NCBI GenBank assembly: GCA_020718105.1
Contig: DYDA01000006.1
Location: 5,442-69,441 of the forward strand
From: Micavibrio sp.
Lineage (GTDB): Bacteria > Pseudomonadota > Alphaproteobacteria > UBA9219
Length of the DNA: 64,000 nt
Reading direction: 5' to 3'
Below, piece by piece: positions 9,943 through 19,887 of the stretch (position 1 is its first letter; the number at the start of each line of letters is the position of its first letter). A model generated the notes under the pieces. It did no database searches. It had not been told where the DNA came from and worked only from the letters and a program-made list of their open reading frames with translations. A program made the translations under genes and the position numbers.

Positions 9943-10244
9943 TCCACGCGCCGGAAGAATGGACAAAATTGGTGCGTAAAGTCCTGCGTTTTAATCTGGA
10001 AGCAGGGGAAAAAGCGATCCTGTTTGGCTCTCGCGCCACGGGCGTGCGGCTTAAACAGTATTCAGATTTCGATATTTGTATTCGCGGCAAAGAAAAGATT
10101 GATGACCTTCTTAAAGCGGACTTGCGCGATGGTTTTTCTAATTCGCGCCTGCCCGTGCGTGTTGATGTCGTTGATTGGTTCGAAGCGCCGCCTTTCCTTA
10201 AAGAAATCATCGAAAAAGACGGCGTAGAGATAGATTATTCATAA
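9939..10244 (+). CDS. minimal nucleotidyltransferase (MNT), putative antitoxin partner of the HEPN protein
   Basis: GSRATG...SDFDI nucleotidyltransferase motif; 101 aa; ATGA overlap with upstream HEPN ORF. Confidence 0.8.
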   Translation: MIHAPEEWTKLVRKVLRFNLEAGEKAILFGSRATGVRLKQYSDFDICIRGKEKIDDLLKADLRDGFSNSRLPVRVDVVDWFEAPPFLKEIIEKDGVEIDYS

Positions 10245-10253
10245 GAGGTTCTC

Positions 10254-11594
10254 GTGTTCGAAAAAATCCTAATCGCCAATCGTGGCGAAATCGCCCTTCG
10301 CATCCATCGCGCTTGCCGCGAGATGGGTATTCATACCGTCGCCGTTCACTCAACGGCAGACGCTGATGCCATGCACGTGCGCCTTGCGGATGAAAGTGTG
10401 TGCATCGGCCCCCCCGCTGCGCGTGACAGCTATCTCAACATTCCCGCCATCCTGACGGCGGCGGCGATTACGGGCGTGGACGCGATCCATCCGGGCATCG
10501 GCTTTATGTCAGAAAACGCCAATTTTGCCGAGATGGTGGAAGAACACGGCTTCGCCTTTATCGGCCCCACGCCGCAGCATATCCGCATGATGGGCGATAA
10601 AGTCACAGCCAAGAAAACCGTCAAAGCTTTGGGTTTGCCAACGGTTCCAGGATCGGTGGGCGGCGTGCCAACGGTTGAGGAAGCCCGCGACGTTGCCAAA
10701 GAAACAGGTTATCCCGTTTTGATCAAAGCCTCGGCAGGTGGCGGCGGCAAAGGCATGAAGGTCGCAAACAGCGAAGATGAGCTGGAAGAGGCCTATAGGC
10801 TGGCGCGTGGCGAAGCAAGAGCTGCGTTTGGCAACGACGAAGTTTATATGGAAAAATACCTAGGCAAGCCGCGCCATATCGAAGTGCAGCTGATAGGCGA
10901 CACGCACGGTAACGCGGTGCATTTTGGTGAGCGCGATTGCTCGCTGCAACGACGTCATCAAAAGGTGATTGAGGAAGCGCCCTCACCGGGACTGAACGCC
11001 GATGAACGCGCAGAAATTGGCGCGATTGCGGCCAAGGTCGTGCGCGACATGGGCTATCGCGGCGTCGGGACGATGGAGTTTCTCTACGAAAACGGGCACT
11101 TCTATTTCATCGAAATGAACACGCGCCTTCAAATTGAACACACGATTTCCGAGATGATCACGGGCATCGATTTGGTGCGCGAGCAAATCCGTGTCGCCGC
11201 TGGCCTGCCGCTAAGCTATACGCAAGAGGACATCGTTTTTACGGGGCACGCGATTGAATGCCGCATCAACGCCGAGAATCCGGAAACCTTTATGCCTTCT
11301 CCCGGCACGATCAAGGGCTTTCATGCCCCAGGCGGCCTTGGCGTGCGCGTCGATAGCGCTCTGTATGATGGTTATAAAATCCCGCCCTATTACGACAGCA
11401 TGATCGCCAAGTTGGTCGTTCATGGCGCGACGCGTAACGAATGCATGCTCCGCCTGCGCCGTTCGCTGGAAGAATTCGTGATCGGCGGCGTAGACACCAC
11501 CCTGCCCCTTCACCGCCGCATCATCAGCCAGTCCGACTTTATCAACGGTCACTATGACATCCACTGGCTAGAGGATTTCTTGGGGTTAAAGTAA
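10254..11594 (+). CDS. accC: biotin carboxylase subunit of acetyl-CoA carboxylase
   Basis: MFEKILIANRGEIA N-terminus, ATP-grasp, 446 aa; GTG start; RBS aagagg overlaps the MNT stop codon. Confidence 0.95.
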   Translation: MFEKILIANRGEIALRIHRACREMGIHTVAVHSTADADAMHVRLADESVCIGPPAARDSYLNIPAILTAAAITGVDAIHPGIGFMSENANFAEMVEEHGFAFIGPTPQHIRMMGDKVTAKKTVKALGLPTVPGSVGGVPTVEEARDVAKETGYPVLIKASAGGGGKGMKVANSEDELEEAYRLARGEARAAFGNDEVYMEKYLGKPRHIEVQLIGDTHGNAVHFGERDCSLQRRHQKVIEEAPSPGLNADERAEIGAIAAKVVRDMGYRGVGTMEFLYENGHFYFIEMNTRLQIEHTISEMITGIDLVREQIRVAAGLPLSYTQEDIVFTGHAIECRINAENPETFMPSPGTIKGFHAPGGLGVRVDSALYDGYKIPPYYDSMIAKLVVHGATRNECMLRLRRSLEEFVIGGVDTTLPLHRRIISQSDFINGHYDIHWLEDFLGLK

Positions 11595-11646
11595 CACAAA
11601 AATCATGAGCTGTTCGGTCTTGTCTCTTCAGACATAAGGATACAAA

Positions 11647-12522
11647 ATGCCCAAAAACTTCCTAAGATTTCTTGCTCATTATCTTGTGATACGCTTTGTT
11701 CACTTCTTTGGGGGGCTGTCTCTTCCGATATTAAACGCAGCCTTAAAGGCCTTCTCTATAGATTTGCATTTTGAGAAATGCCCCAATCTTGGCAAGGCTT
11801 TATGCCGTGTTACAGAGCGGCTGCCACACGCTGATAAGAATGCGCCGCCTAAGATTCAGTATTTTCATCTTCCCGAACGCGCTCACATTTATCTGAGAGG
11901 CATAACGCGCAGAGGGCAGCAAATCGCAGCCAATTATGGGATTGATCGTCTTTCATTGAAAGCTGATGATGTTGTCCTTGATGTCGGTGCGAACAGTGGC
12001 GATCTGTTGATTTATCTTTCTAACCTCAAAACCCCTCTGACCGTTCATTGTTTTGAGCCCGACCCCGTTGCCTTCGCTTCTTTGGCCTTGAATTGTAAGA
12101 ATCTAAAAGGCGCGCTTGCCGTTCATCAAGCGCTGGGGAATAAGTGTGAGTCTGCTGTGCTTTATCTTTCAACGCTTGGCGGCGATTCTTCTCTTTCTGA
12201 ACCAGCGACCTATGACACAACCATGCAGGTTAGCAGTCTTACGCTTGATAGCTGGCTCCAAAATCAGCCGTCTATTCCTTTGAACAAAGAAATTAAACTT
12301 CTTAAACTTGAAGCCGAGGGTTTTGAGCCTGAGATACTAGAAGGCGCGAGGGAAACACTTCACAGAATTCGCTATATTGCGGCGGATCTGGGATGGGAAC
12401 GCGGAACAACCCAAGATTGCACCATTCCCCAAGTTGTGAACCTTCTTTTAAAAAATAACTTTGTCATTGAGCATGTATCCAGAGATGGCGTGCATTTTGT
12501 CTTTAAAAATAGCTTGATGTGA
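11647..12522 (+). CDS. FkbM-family SAM-dependent methyltransferase
   Basis: LDVGANSGD SAM-binding motif, FkbM-like; 291 aa. Confidence 0.8.
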   Translation: MPKNFLRFLAHYLVIRFVHFFGGLSLPILNAALKAFSIDLHFEKCPNLGKALCRVTERLPHADKNAPPKIQYFHLPERAHIYLRGITRRGQQIAANYGIDRLSLKADDVVLDVGANSGDLLIYLSNLKTPLTVHCFEPDPVAFASLALNCKNLKGALAVHQALGNKCESAVLYLSTLGGDSSLSEPATYDTTMQVSSLTLDSWLQNQPSIPLNKEIKLLKLEAEGFEPEILEGARETLHRIRYIAADLGWERGTTQDCTIPQVVNLLLKNNFVIEHVSRDGVHFVFKNSLM

Positions 12523-12653
12523 CCTACGCCGTCCCTGCTTAGATAGTTCCTAAACTTAATGTTTTCAATCCATCGTTCGTTCATCCCTTGAAACTGGGAG
12601 GGGGAGCCGCTACAACCTCTTTCCTATAGCGTTAATCAACCAGCGAGTCTCTC

Positions 12654-13634
12654 ATGATCCCCTCTGAATTTTGGTCCCTTACCTTTCTCTCGCAACCTGT
12701 ATGGATGTGGTTGACGTTTTCGGCTGTTGTTGTGACGCTGCTCGTTTTTGATTTGGGCGTGATGCATCGCAAGGAACGCGAGATTGAGACGAAAGAAAGC
12801 CTCCTTTTCTCTGTCTTTTATCTGATCATTGCTCTCCTGTTCGGCGGCTGGATTTGGTATGAGATGGGGCAAGCCAAAGCCATCGAATACATAACGGGTT
12901 ATATCGTTGAGGAAACGCTGTCGATTGATAACGTCTTTGTCATGGCTTTACTGTTTTCTTTCTTCCATATTCCGCGCCTTCACCAGCATCGCGTTTTATT
13001 CTGGGGCATTTTGGGTGCGATCATCATGCGCGGAATCATGATCGGTGTTGGCGCTGCGCTGGTGCATGAGTTTGAATGGGTTCTCTATGTCTTTGCCGTG
13101 TTCCTTATGGGCACAGGCGTCAAGATGCTGCTCACAGGCGATAAGCCAGCCGACATTGGCAACAACGCCCTTCTTCGGTTTATGCACAAACATTTCCGCA
13201 TTACGGATAAGCTTCATGGCCATGATTTTTTTGTGAAGCAACCTTCGCGCAAGCATGGCAAGAATGTTTGGTGGATGACGCCTTTGTTCGTCTGCCTTGT
13301 GATGATTGAGTTTGCGGACGTGATTTTTGCGGTCGATAGCGTCCCCGCCATCTTTATCATCACGACCGATCCCTTCATCGTGTACACCAGCAATATCTTT
13401 GCGATCTTGGGATTGCGTTCGCTTTACTTTGTCCTTTCATCCCTTATCAAGCGCTTCCATTATTTGAAATATGCGCTATCGGTTGTCTTGATCTTTATCG
13501 GCGGCAAAACCTTTATCGCGGACATCATGGGGTGGGAAAAGTTCCCCGTAGGCTGGTCTTTAGGGATCACCTTTGCCATTTTGGGAAGCGGAATCGGGGT
13601 TTCTTTGTGGAAAACACGTTCCTTAAAAGGTTAA
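12654..13634 (+). CDS. TerC-family integral membrane protein
   Basis: Multiple TM helices, TerC-like sequence; 326 aa. Confidence 0.85.
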   Translation: MIPSEFWSLTFLSQPVWMWLTFSAVVVTLLVFDLGVMHRKEREIETKESLLFSVFYLIIALLFGGWIWYEMGQAKAIEYITGYIVEETLSIDNVFVMALLFSFFHIPRLHQHRVLFWGILGAIIMRGIMIGVGAALVHEFEWVLYVFAVFLMGTGVKMLLTGDKPADIGNNALLRFMHKHFRITDKLHGHDFFVKQPSRKHGKNVWWMTPLFVCLVMIEFADVIFAVDSVPAIFIITTDPFIVYTSNIFAILGLRSLYFVLSSLIKRFHYLKYALSVVLIFIGGKTFIADIMGWEKFPVGWSLGITFAILGSGIGVSLWKTRSLKG

Positions 13635-13825
13635 CGCCCTTCTCTTTTTTGCGGAATAATGAAATCCCCTTGCGCTTTATTCGCAAATCCTTTAAAAGGT
13701 TTGTGAGTTTAAAATTGACTTCTCTGCCTATGCGTTTCTTTCAAGAGCGTCGTTTGCCATAGCAGTCTCTTTCACTCGAGGCGTTATGGTGACGCTTGCA
13801 CACGCAACACTAAAGGATACACACT

Positions 13826-14035
13826 ATGGCTCAAGGTACAGTTAAATGGTTCAACGCCACTAAAGGCTACGGCTTCGTTCAACCAGAAGCAGGCGGTCAG
13901 GACGTTTTTGTTCACATCAGCGCCGTTGAACGCGCCGGTCTTCGCGAACTTCGCGAAGGTCAAAAAGTCAGCTTCGAGCTGGCAACAGAGCGCGGCAAGA
14001 CTTCGGCTGCGAACCTTCAGGTTATCGAAGGCTAA
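13826..14035 (+). CDS. cspA: cold-shock protein (CspA family)
   Basis: [30 protein letters not shown] with RNP1/RNP2 motifs; 69 aa. Confidence 0.95.
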   Translation: MAQGTVKWFNATKGYGFVQPEAGGQDVFVHISAVERAGLRELREGQKVSFELATERGKTSAANLQVIEG

Positions 14036-14290
14036 GAGACCGTTTTCGGATTTTTCGAAACGATTATCGCTTAAGGTGGCTTATAGGCTTTCTGTTAGCA
14101 GAAAGTTTGTAGGCCGCCTTAAGTGTTTTAAAGGAAAATGAGTTCTGTTTTTTTGATTTTAAAAATGGGACTCCTGCATAAGAGGCTCTCACACTGGGGG
14201 CCAGCAGGTCTTCCCCTTATCGTTTTTATAAGACGCAAACATCCCAGAATATGAATGAGAACGTAAGTAAGACCGCGTTAAAATACGTGC

Positions 14291-14316
14291 GTCATTCCCG
14301 CTTTCGCGAGGATGAC
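14291..14316. repeat. degenerate single palindromic unit related to the MITE arm family
   Basis: gtcattcccgctttcgcgaggatgac in the 5' leader of the DEAD-box helicase gene. Confidence 0.5.
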
Positions 14317-14391
14317 AAAAGTGTTGATGAGGAATGTTACCGATTTGCTTACATACTTATTTATACAAACTTTTACATCTAAGGAAAAACA

Positions 14392-15732
14392 ATGACTCAA
14401 GACTTCAACGGCTTTGGCCTTCCGGCCAAGCTTCTTCTTGCGCTTGCTCGTATGAACTTCACGATCCCCACCCCCATTCAGGAGCAAACCATCCCCCTCG
14501 CGCTCGAAGGGCGCGATGTGCTTGGCTCTGCCCAAACGGGAACGGGCAAAACGGCGGCGTTCGGCCTGCCGCTCATCGTTCACTTGATGAACAACCCTGA
14601 AGCGACAGCGCTTATCATGCTGCCAACGCGTGAGCTTGCAACGCAGGTGCAGGCGGCTCTGTTGCCGATGATCCCTGTTCCCAACATCAAGACCGCCCTG
14701 TTGATCGGTGGCGATTCCATGTTCAAGCAGCTTAAGCAGCTTAGCCTCCAACCGCGCTTGATCGTCGGTACACCTGGACGCATCAACGACCATTTAGAGC
14801 GCAAGTCCTTAAACCTCAGCCGCACGAATTTCCTTGTGCTGGATGAAACGGATCGCATGCTGGATATGGGCTTTGGCATTCAGATCGATAAGATTCTGGC
14901 TCATGTTTCTAAGGATCGTCAGACGCTTTTGTTCTCGGCGACGTTGCCCGCCAACATCGTCAAGCTATCGGGCAAATACATGCGCCAACCTTTGCGCGTT
15001 GCCGTCGGCTCCACCACCACACCTGCCGCGAACATCAAGCAAGAGCTGGTTCACACGACGGACACCGAAAAGTATGGCCACCTTTTGACTCAGCTTGAGC
15101 AACGCGTGGGTTCGGTCATTATTTTCGTCAAGACAAAGTATGGAACGGAAAAGCTGGCCAAGAAGCTCAACGCGGCCGAGCATAAGGCCGATTGTCTTCA
15201 TGGCGATTTGCAGCAGCGACGCAGAGAGCGCGTGACGCAAAGCTTCCGCGATAAAAAATATCGCATCCTTGTCGCCACCGACGTGGCAGCGCGTGGTCTT
15301 GACATTCCGCATATCGAACACGTCATCAACTATGACTTGCCGCAATGCCCTGAGGATTACATTCACCGCATTGGTCGCACGGCTCGTGCAGGGGCGGAAG
15401 GCTGCGCCATCAATCTGCTGACACCTGCGGATGGAAGCAAGTGGCGGGCTATCCATCGCCTGATCCACGGCCATGACGATCCGTCGATTGCAACGGATGA
15501 TAAAAAGCCTGCGGGCAAGAAGTTTGGCGGCGGTTATAAGGGTCGCGGCGGAAGTTTCTACAAGGGCAAAAGCGCCGAAGGCGGCTATAAGGGCAAAGAC
15601 AGCGCCGAAGGCGGCTATAAGGGCAAGGGCAGCGACTTTAAGAAAAAGGACGGCGGCAACGGCGCCAAGCCTGCTTGGAAAGTCAACAAACCCCGCAATA
15701 AAGGAAACTTTAAAGCCCCCAAGGCGGCGTAA
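14392..15732 (+). CDS. DEAD-box ATP-dependent RNA helicase (RhlE/CsdA-like) with Gly/Lys-rich repetitive C-terminal tail
   Basis: Q-motif, Walker A AQTGTGKT, DEAD box (VLDETD), SAT, HRIGRTAR; tandem SAEGGYKGK repeats in the tail. Confidence 0.9.
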   Translation: MTQDFNGFGLPAKLLLALARMNFTIPTPIQEQTIPLALEGRDVLGSAQTGTGKTAAFGLPLIVHLMNNPEATALIMLPTRELATQVQAALLPMIPVPNIKTALLIGGDSMFKQLKQLSLQPRLIVGTPGRINDHLERKSLNLSRTNFLVLDETDRMLDMGFGIQIDKILAHVSKDRQTLLFSATLPANIVKLSGKYMRQPLRVAVGSTTTPAANIKQELVHTTDTEKYGHLLTQLEQRVGSVIIFVKTKYGTEKLAKKLNAAEHKADCLHGDLQQRRRERVTQSFRDKKYRILVATDVAARGLDIPHIEHVINYDLPQCPEDYIHRIGRTARAGAEGCAINLLTPADGSKWRAIHRLIHGHDDPSIATDDKKPAGKKFGGGYKGRGGSFYKGKSAEGGYKGKDSAEGGYKGKGSDFKKKDGGNGAKPAWKVNKPRNKGNFKAPKAA

Positions 15733-15764
15733 GCTTTCCTCCGTTACAGCATCGTCCACTTCAG

Positions 15765-15804
15765 GAGGTGACAAAATAATTCTCTATTTTGTCACCTCTT
15801 TTTG
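15765..15804 (+). terminator. rho-independent terminator downstream of the DEAD-box helicase gene
   Basis: Perfect 13-bp stem aggtgacaaaata/tattttgtcacct followed by cttttt. Confidence 0.6.
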
Positions 15805-15884
15805 CCTGCCCTTAACCCACGATTTTCCTCATCTTAAAATGTGATGCGTTTATTGATTTTATCACAGCGCAAGAGCGCGCAAAG

Positions 15885-16367
15885 TTAAGTTCTGAGCGTT
15901 TTACCCAAACGATCCAAAACGGCGTTCACCAAAGAAGGTTCCTTGGCATTAAAGAAAGCGCGGGCGACATCGACATAGTCGCTGATGATAATGCCTGTCG
16001 CAATCTTTGGATGGTGATGCAACTCAAAAGCGCCCGCAAGCAAGATCGCCTTTAACAGCGTTTCCATGCGACCAGAGGCTAGCTTTTCGCTGAGCGAACC
16101 AGCCACCATTTCTTCCAGCGTTTCGCGATGATCCATCACACCATGAACGACTTGCGAAAGCAGTGTCGCATCCGGCTTTTCCAAAATAACCTCGCCCTCG
16201 CCTTCATCATCATTCAACCCCGCCGAGACATCCTCAAGGCAGCGACGCAGAATTACACTAAGTTCTTCCTGCCCAAACGAGGCCTGATAAAGCGCCTGCA
16301 CCGCGACAAGCCGCGCAAGACGTTTAGGGGCGAAAGGATCGGCCTTAGGCGTTGTGCTCTCATTCAT
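15885..16367 (-). CDS. nusB: transcription antitermination factor NusB
   Basis: NusB-like 160-aa protein directly downstream of ribH (conserved ribH-nusB pair). Confidence 0.9.
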   Translation of the reverse strand: MNESTTPKADPFAPKRLARLVAVQALYQASFGQEELSVILRRCLEDVSAGLNDDEGEGEVILEKPDATLLSQVVHGVMDHRETLEEMVAGSLSEKLASGRMETLLKAILLAGAFELHHHPKIATGIIISDYVDVARAFFNAKEPSLVNAVLDRLGKTLRT

Positions 16368-16370
16368 CCT

Positions 16371-16886
16371 TTACCGCCCAACCCAACGACGCTTAGGCAT
16401 CAAGCGGAAATGGTGTTTCAATTCGATCATCTTAAGGCAAGCCTCCGCCGCCGCGCCGCCGCGATTAAGACGAGCAGGATCGGCGCGTTCTTGCGCTTGC
16501 TCTAACGTCTCCACGGTCAAAATGCCATTGCCGACAGCCAGCGTGTTTTGAAGCGCCAATGTCTGAAGGCCTTGCGTGCTGACATCGCCCACGACCTGAT
16601 CATGGCGCGTGGTGCCCTTGATCACTGCGCCAAGCGCGACATAGCCATCAAAGCGCCGACGCACGGCGTCAAAATCTAAAGACTTCACGGCGTATAAAAT
16701 AGCCGCCGGAATTTCTAGCGAACCGGGAACTGTAAAAACCTCATACGTCGCTCCCGCACGATCCAAAACGGCTTTGGCACCCGCCAGCAATTGATCGGCC
16801 ACGTCGTCGTAAAAACGCGCCTCGATCACCATCACATGGGGCTTGTCTTCAAACGTGAAAACCGCCGGTTCTTTTTTCTGTTCCAT
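16371..16886 (-). CDS. ribH: 6,7-dimethyl-8-ribityllumazine synthase
   Basis: RibH-like sequence from MEQKKEPAVF; the upstream part of ORF 16371..17153 is a translated repeat element, so start set at ATG 16886. Confidence 0.9.
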   Translation of the reverse strand: MEQKKEPAVFTFEDKPHVMVIEARFYDDVADQLLAGAKAVLDRAGATYEVFTVPGSLEIPAAILYAVKSLDFDAVRRRFDGYVALGAVIKGTTRHDQVVGDVSTQGLQTLALQNTLAVGNGILTVETLEQAQERADPARLNRGGAAAEACLKMIELKHHFRLMPKRRWVGR

Positions 16887-16974
16887 TGTTACACCTTGCA
16901 ACTTTGCTGCGATTATCTTTGGTCTTCTATACCCAAAACAGTTCAAGATTTGGCAAGCAGCCAAGAAACCAAAC

Positions 16975-17060
16975 GGGATGCCCGCTTTCGCGGGCATGAC
17001 GGAATTTTTTGTGGCTGTATTTCCCTTTAGCGTCATCCCCGCGAAAGCGGGGATCCCGTT
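16975..17060. repeat. MITE-like element, copy 1 (inverted ~28-bp arms GGGATSCCCGCTTTCGCGGGSATGACG)
   Basis: gggatgcccgctttcgcgggcatgacg ... cgtcatccccgcgaaagcggggatcccgtt; ribE-ribH intergenic. Confidence 0.75.
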
Positions 17061-17190
17061 TTCTTGTTTTTTTCTGCTTCCAGAAAACCAACTCTTGAAG
17101 TGGAAAGGGTATAGCATACTCTTTCGTCTAAAAGCCACCAAATCCGAGAGCAAGCATCATCAATAATCTCAAGCGTGGAGGCGAGTGCCA

Positions 17191-17790
17191 TCACAGGCCG
17201 CCCTTTTGATCCAGCATTCGCCCGACATAACGGGCAATTACGTCAATCTCAAAGTTTAGCACATCGCCAACCTGTTTTGCGCCCATCGTCGTCGCGGTTT
17301 GCGTATGAGGGATAATGTTCACGCCAAACACGTTCCCCTCCACCTCATTGACCGTCAACGAAATGCCATCCAGTGTCACCGAGCCTTTGGGCGCAAGGAA
17401 CGACGCGAACGCAGCCGGAACCTCAAAGCGAAACCGCACGCTATCCCCTTCAGCCTTACGATCAACAACCCGCGCCAGCCCGTCCACATGGCCCGACACA
17501 ATATGCCCGCCCAGCTCATCGCCCATGCGCAAAGCGCGTTCCAGATTCACGGGAGTCCCCACCTGCCACGCACCGAGCGTCGTTTTCGAAAGAGTCTCTG
17601 CCGAGGCCTGCACCGTAAACGTGTTGACATCGTGGGCAATGACCGTCAAGCACACGCCGCTGCACGCTACCGACGCGCCAAGAGAAAGCGAGTCCAGCAG
17701 CGCCTTGCTTGCGGCCAGCGTCATCACCCAGTCGCCGCGTTTCTCAAGCGCCGTGATCGCGCCAATCTCTGCAATAATGCCTGTGAACAT
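17191..17790 (-). CDS. ribE: riboflavin synthase alpha subunit
   Basis: MFTGIIAEIGAI N-terminus, two lumazine-binding repeats; 199 aa. Confidence 0.9.
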   Translation of the reverse strand: MFTGIIAEIGAITALEKRGDWVMTLAASKALLDSLSLGASVACSGVCLTVIAHDVNTFTVQASAETLSKTTLGAWQVGTPVNLERALRMGDELGGHIVSGHVDGLARVVDRKAEGDSVRFRFEVPAAFASFLAPKGSVTLDGISLTVNEVEGNVFGVNIIPHTQTATTMGAKQVGDVLNFEIDVIARYVGRMLDQKGGL

Positions 17791-17849
17791 AAAGAGTTTT
17801 CCTTGTCAGTTCTGTTTATTTTTCTGTCGCTCTCGCCCATCCCCTCCCT

Positions 17850-17967
17850 CGTCATCCCCGCGAAAGCGGGGATCCCGTTTTCTTTTTCACAAAAAACAGC
17901 AAGCAGCAATGACGCTAACGGATAAAAAACCAAACCAAACGGGATCCCCGCTTTCGCGGGGATGACG
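17850..17967. repeat. MITE-like element, copy 2 (same arm family)
   Basis: cgtcatccccgcgaaagcggggatcccg at 17850 and its reverse complement cgggatccccgctttcgcggggatgacg ending 17967, ~60-bp spacer. Confidence 0.8.
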
Positions 17968-18020
17968 AAGAAAGAAAAGGGCGAGGATGACGGACAGGAG
18001 AAATAACCATCAAGGTTCTT

Positions 18021-18074
18021 TACTCTGAACTCTGAACTCTAACCTCTAACCCCTAACCTCTCCTCTACCCCTCC
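18021..18074. repeat. short degenerate microsatellite (CTGAACT / CTAACC-like units)
   Basis: tctgaactctgaactctaacctctaacccctaacctctcctctacccctcc just downstream of nrdR. Confidence 0.5.
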
Positions 18075-18529
18075 GTCGCTTCTTTTTTCAGTAAATCAAC
18101 AAACTCGTTAAAATCGGCGGGCGTGCGAAAATCGCGATAAACCGAGGCATAGCGAACATAGGCCACATGATCAAGGCGGCGCAGCGTTTCCATCACCAAC
18201 GCGCCGATTTGCTTGGTGGTAATCTCGCCATCACCCATCGTTTCCATCTGGCGCACAAGACCGTTGATCACCTGTTCCAACTTTTCTTCATCCACGGGAC
18301 GTTTACGTAAAGCAATTCGCATCGAACGCGAAAGCTTGTCGCGATCAAAAGGCTTTTTCGTGCCATCGTTTTTGATCGCGAACAACTCGCGCAGCTGCAC
18401 GCGCTCAAACGTCGTGAACCGCGCATCGCAATTGGGGCAAGAGCGACGACGACGGATAGCGACGTTGTCTTCACTGGGACGACTATCTTTGACTTGCGTA
18501 TCATCAAAACCGCAAAACGGACAGCGCAT
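18065..18529 (-). CDS. nrdR: transcriptional repressor NrdR
   Basis: [17 protein letters not shown] zinc ribbon plus ATP-cone; 154 aa. Confidence 0.95.
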   Translation of the reverse strand: MRCPFCGFDDTQVKDSRPSEDNVAIRRRRSCPNCDARFTTFERVQLRELFAIKNDGTKKPFDRDKLSRSMRIALRKRPVDEEKLEQVINGLVRQMETMGDGEITTKQIGALVMETLRRLDHVAYVRYASVYRDFRTPADFNEFVDLLKKEATEG

Positions 18530-18537
18530 GGACTACC

Positions 18538-19887
18538 TCATGAGTAAATGGGAAAACGCTGACAAAGCTCAATCACGCGTTTTTTAACACTCTGTTCAAT
18601 TTCCGTATTCTCACCGTCGATCCCGCAACGCATCAGTCCATCCAGAACCTCGGCAATCAGCTCACCAACTTGCACGAACTCAGCGCGACCAAAACCACGC
18701 GTTGTGGCCGCAGGCGTGCCAAGGCGAATGCCCGATGTTACGGCGGGTGGTAATGGATCGAAGGGAATACCGTTCTTATTGCAGGTGATGCCTGCGCGCT
18801 CAAGGCTTTGGTCGCTGACCTTGCCGGTCAAATTCTTGGGACGCAAATCAACCAGCAGCAAGTGGCTGTCCGTCCCTCCCGACACAATATCAAGCCCGTG
18901 TTTGATCAACGTCTCGGCCAGAGCTTTAGCATTATCCACCACGTTTTGCGCGTATTGCTTGAAGGAAGGCTGCAACGCCTCCCCCAGCATGACGGCTTTG
19001 GCGGCGATAACATGCATCAAAGGGCCACCTTGAAGGCCGGGAAAAACAGCCGAGTTGATCTTTTTCGCAAGGTCAGGATCATTCGTCAAAATCATGCCGC
19101 CGCGAGGCCCACGCAAAGTCTTATGCGTTGTCGTTGTAACGATATGCGCGTGAGGAATGGGTGATGGAAACACACCGCCTGCAACCAGTCCCGCGAAATG
19201 CGCCATATCAACCATAAGTATCGCGCCGACCTCGTCCGCAATTTTGCGGAAACGCGCAAAGTCGATAATGCGCGGATAGGCCGAGCCGCCCGTGATGATC
19301 AGCTTGGGCTTATTCTCCCGCGCCAGACGCTCAACTTCATCCATATCGATAAGGCCATCCTCGGCGCGAACGCCATAGGGAACGGCCTTGAACCACTTGC
19401 CCGACATGCTGACACTCGCGCCATGCGTAAGATGCCCACCCGAAGCCATCGATAGACCCATAAACGTATCACCGGGTTGAAGCAGCGCGAGAAACACGGC
19501 CTCATTCGCTTGAGCGCCCGAATGCGGCTGCACATTCGCGAACGCGCACCCAAACAATTTGCAAGCGCGTGAGATAGCAAGGCTCTCTGCTATATCCACC
19601 ATTTCGCAACCACCATAGTAGCGCTTGCCGGGATAGCCTTCGGCATACTTATTGGTGAGGATAGAGCCTTGAGCCTCCAACACAGCGCGAGAAACGATAT
19701 TTTCCGATGCAATCAGCTCAATATTATTTTGCTGCCGCGTCAATTCCGATTTGATCGAGGCGAACAGCTCAGGATCATGGGCTTCCAAAGACTCGGCAAA
19801 AAAAGAAGAATCTAAACCACTCATACGCGTTGTCCTTTCAAAAGAAACTAACAGCCAATTTCTATTCCCATCCCACCCTTCCGTCAT
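18538..19887 (-). CDS. glyA: serine hydroxymethyltransferase
   Basis: SHMT motifs (PLP-lysine region [13 protein letters not shown]); 449-aa ORF; alternative start at Met22 (19824). Confidence 0.95.
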   Translation of the reverse strand: MTEGWDGNRNWLLVSFERTTRMSGLDSSFFAESLEAHDPELFASIKSELTRQQNNIELIASENIVSRAVLEAQGSILTNKYAEGYPGKRYYGGCEMVDIAESLAISRACKLFGCAFANVQPHSGAQANEAVFLALLQPGDTFMGLSMASGGHLTHGASVSMSGKWFKAVPYGVRAEDGLIDMDEVERLARENKPKLIITGGSAYPRIIDFARFRKIADEVGAILMVDMAHFAGLVAGGVFPSPIPHAHIVTTTTHKTLRGPRGGMILTNDPDLAKKINSAVFPGLQGGPLMHVIAAKAVMLGEALQPSFKQYAQNVVDNAKALAETLIKHGLDIVSGGTDSHLLLVDLRPKNLTGKVSDQSLERAGITCNKNGIPFDPLPPAVTSGIRLGTPAATTRGFGRAEFVQVGELIAEVLDGLMRCGIDGENTEIEQSVKKRVIELCQRFPIYS

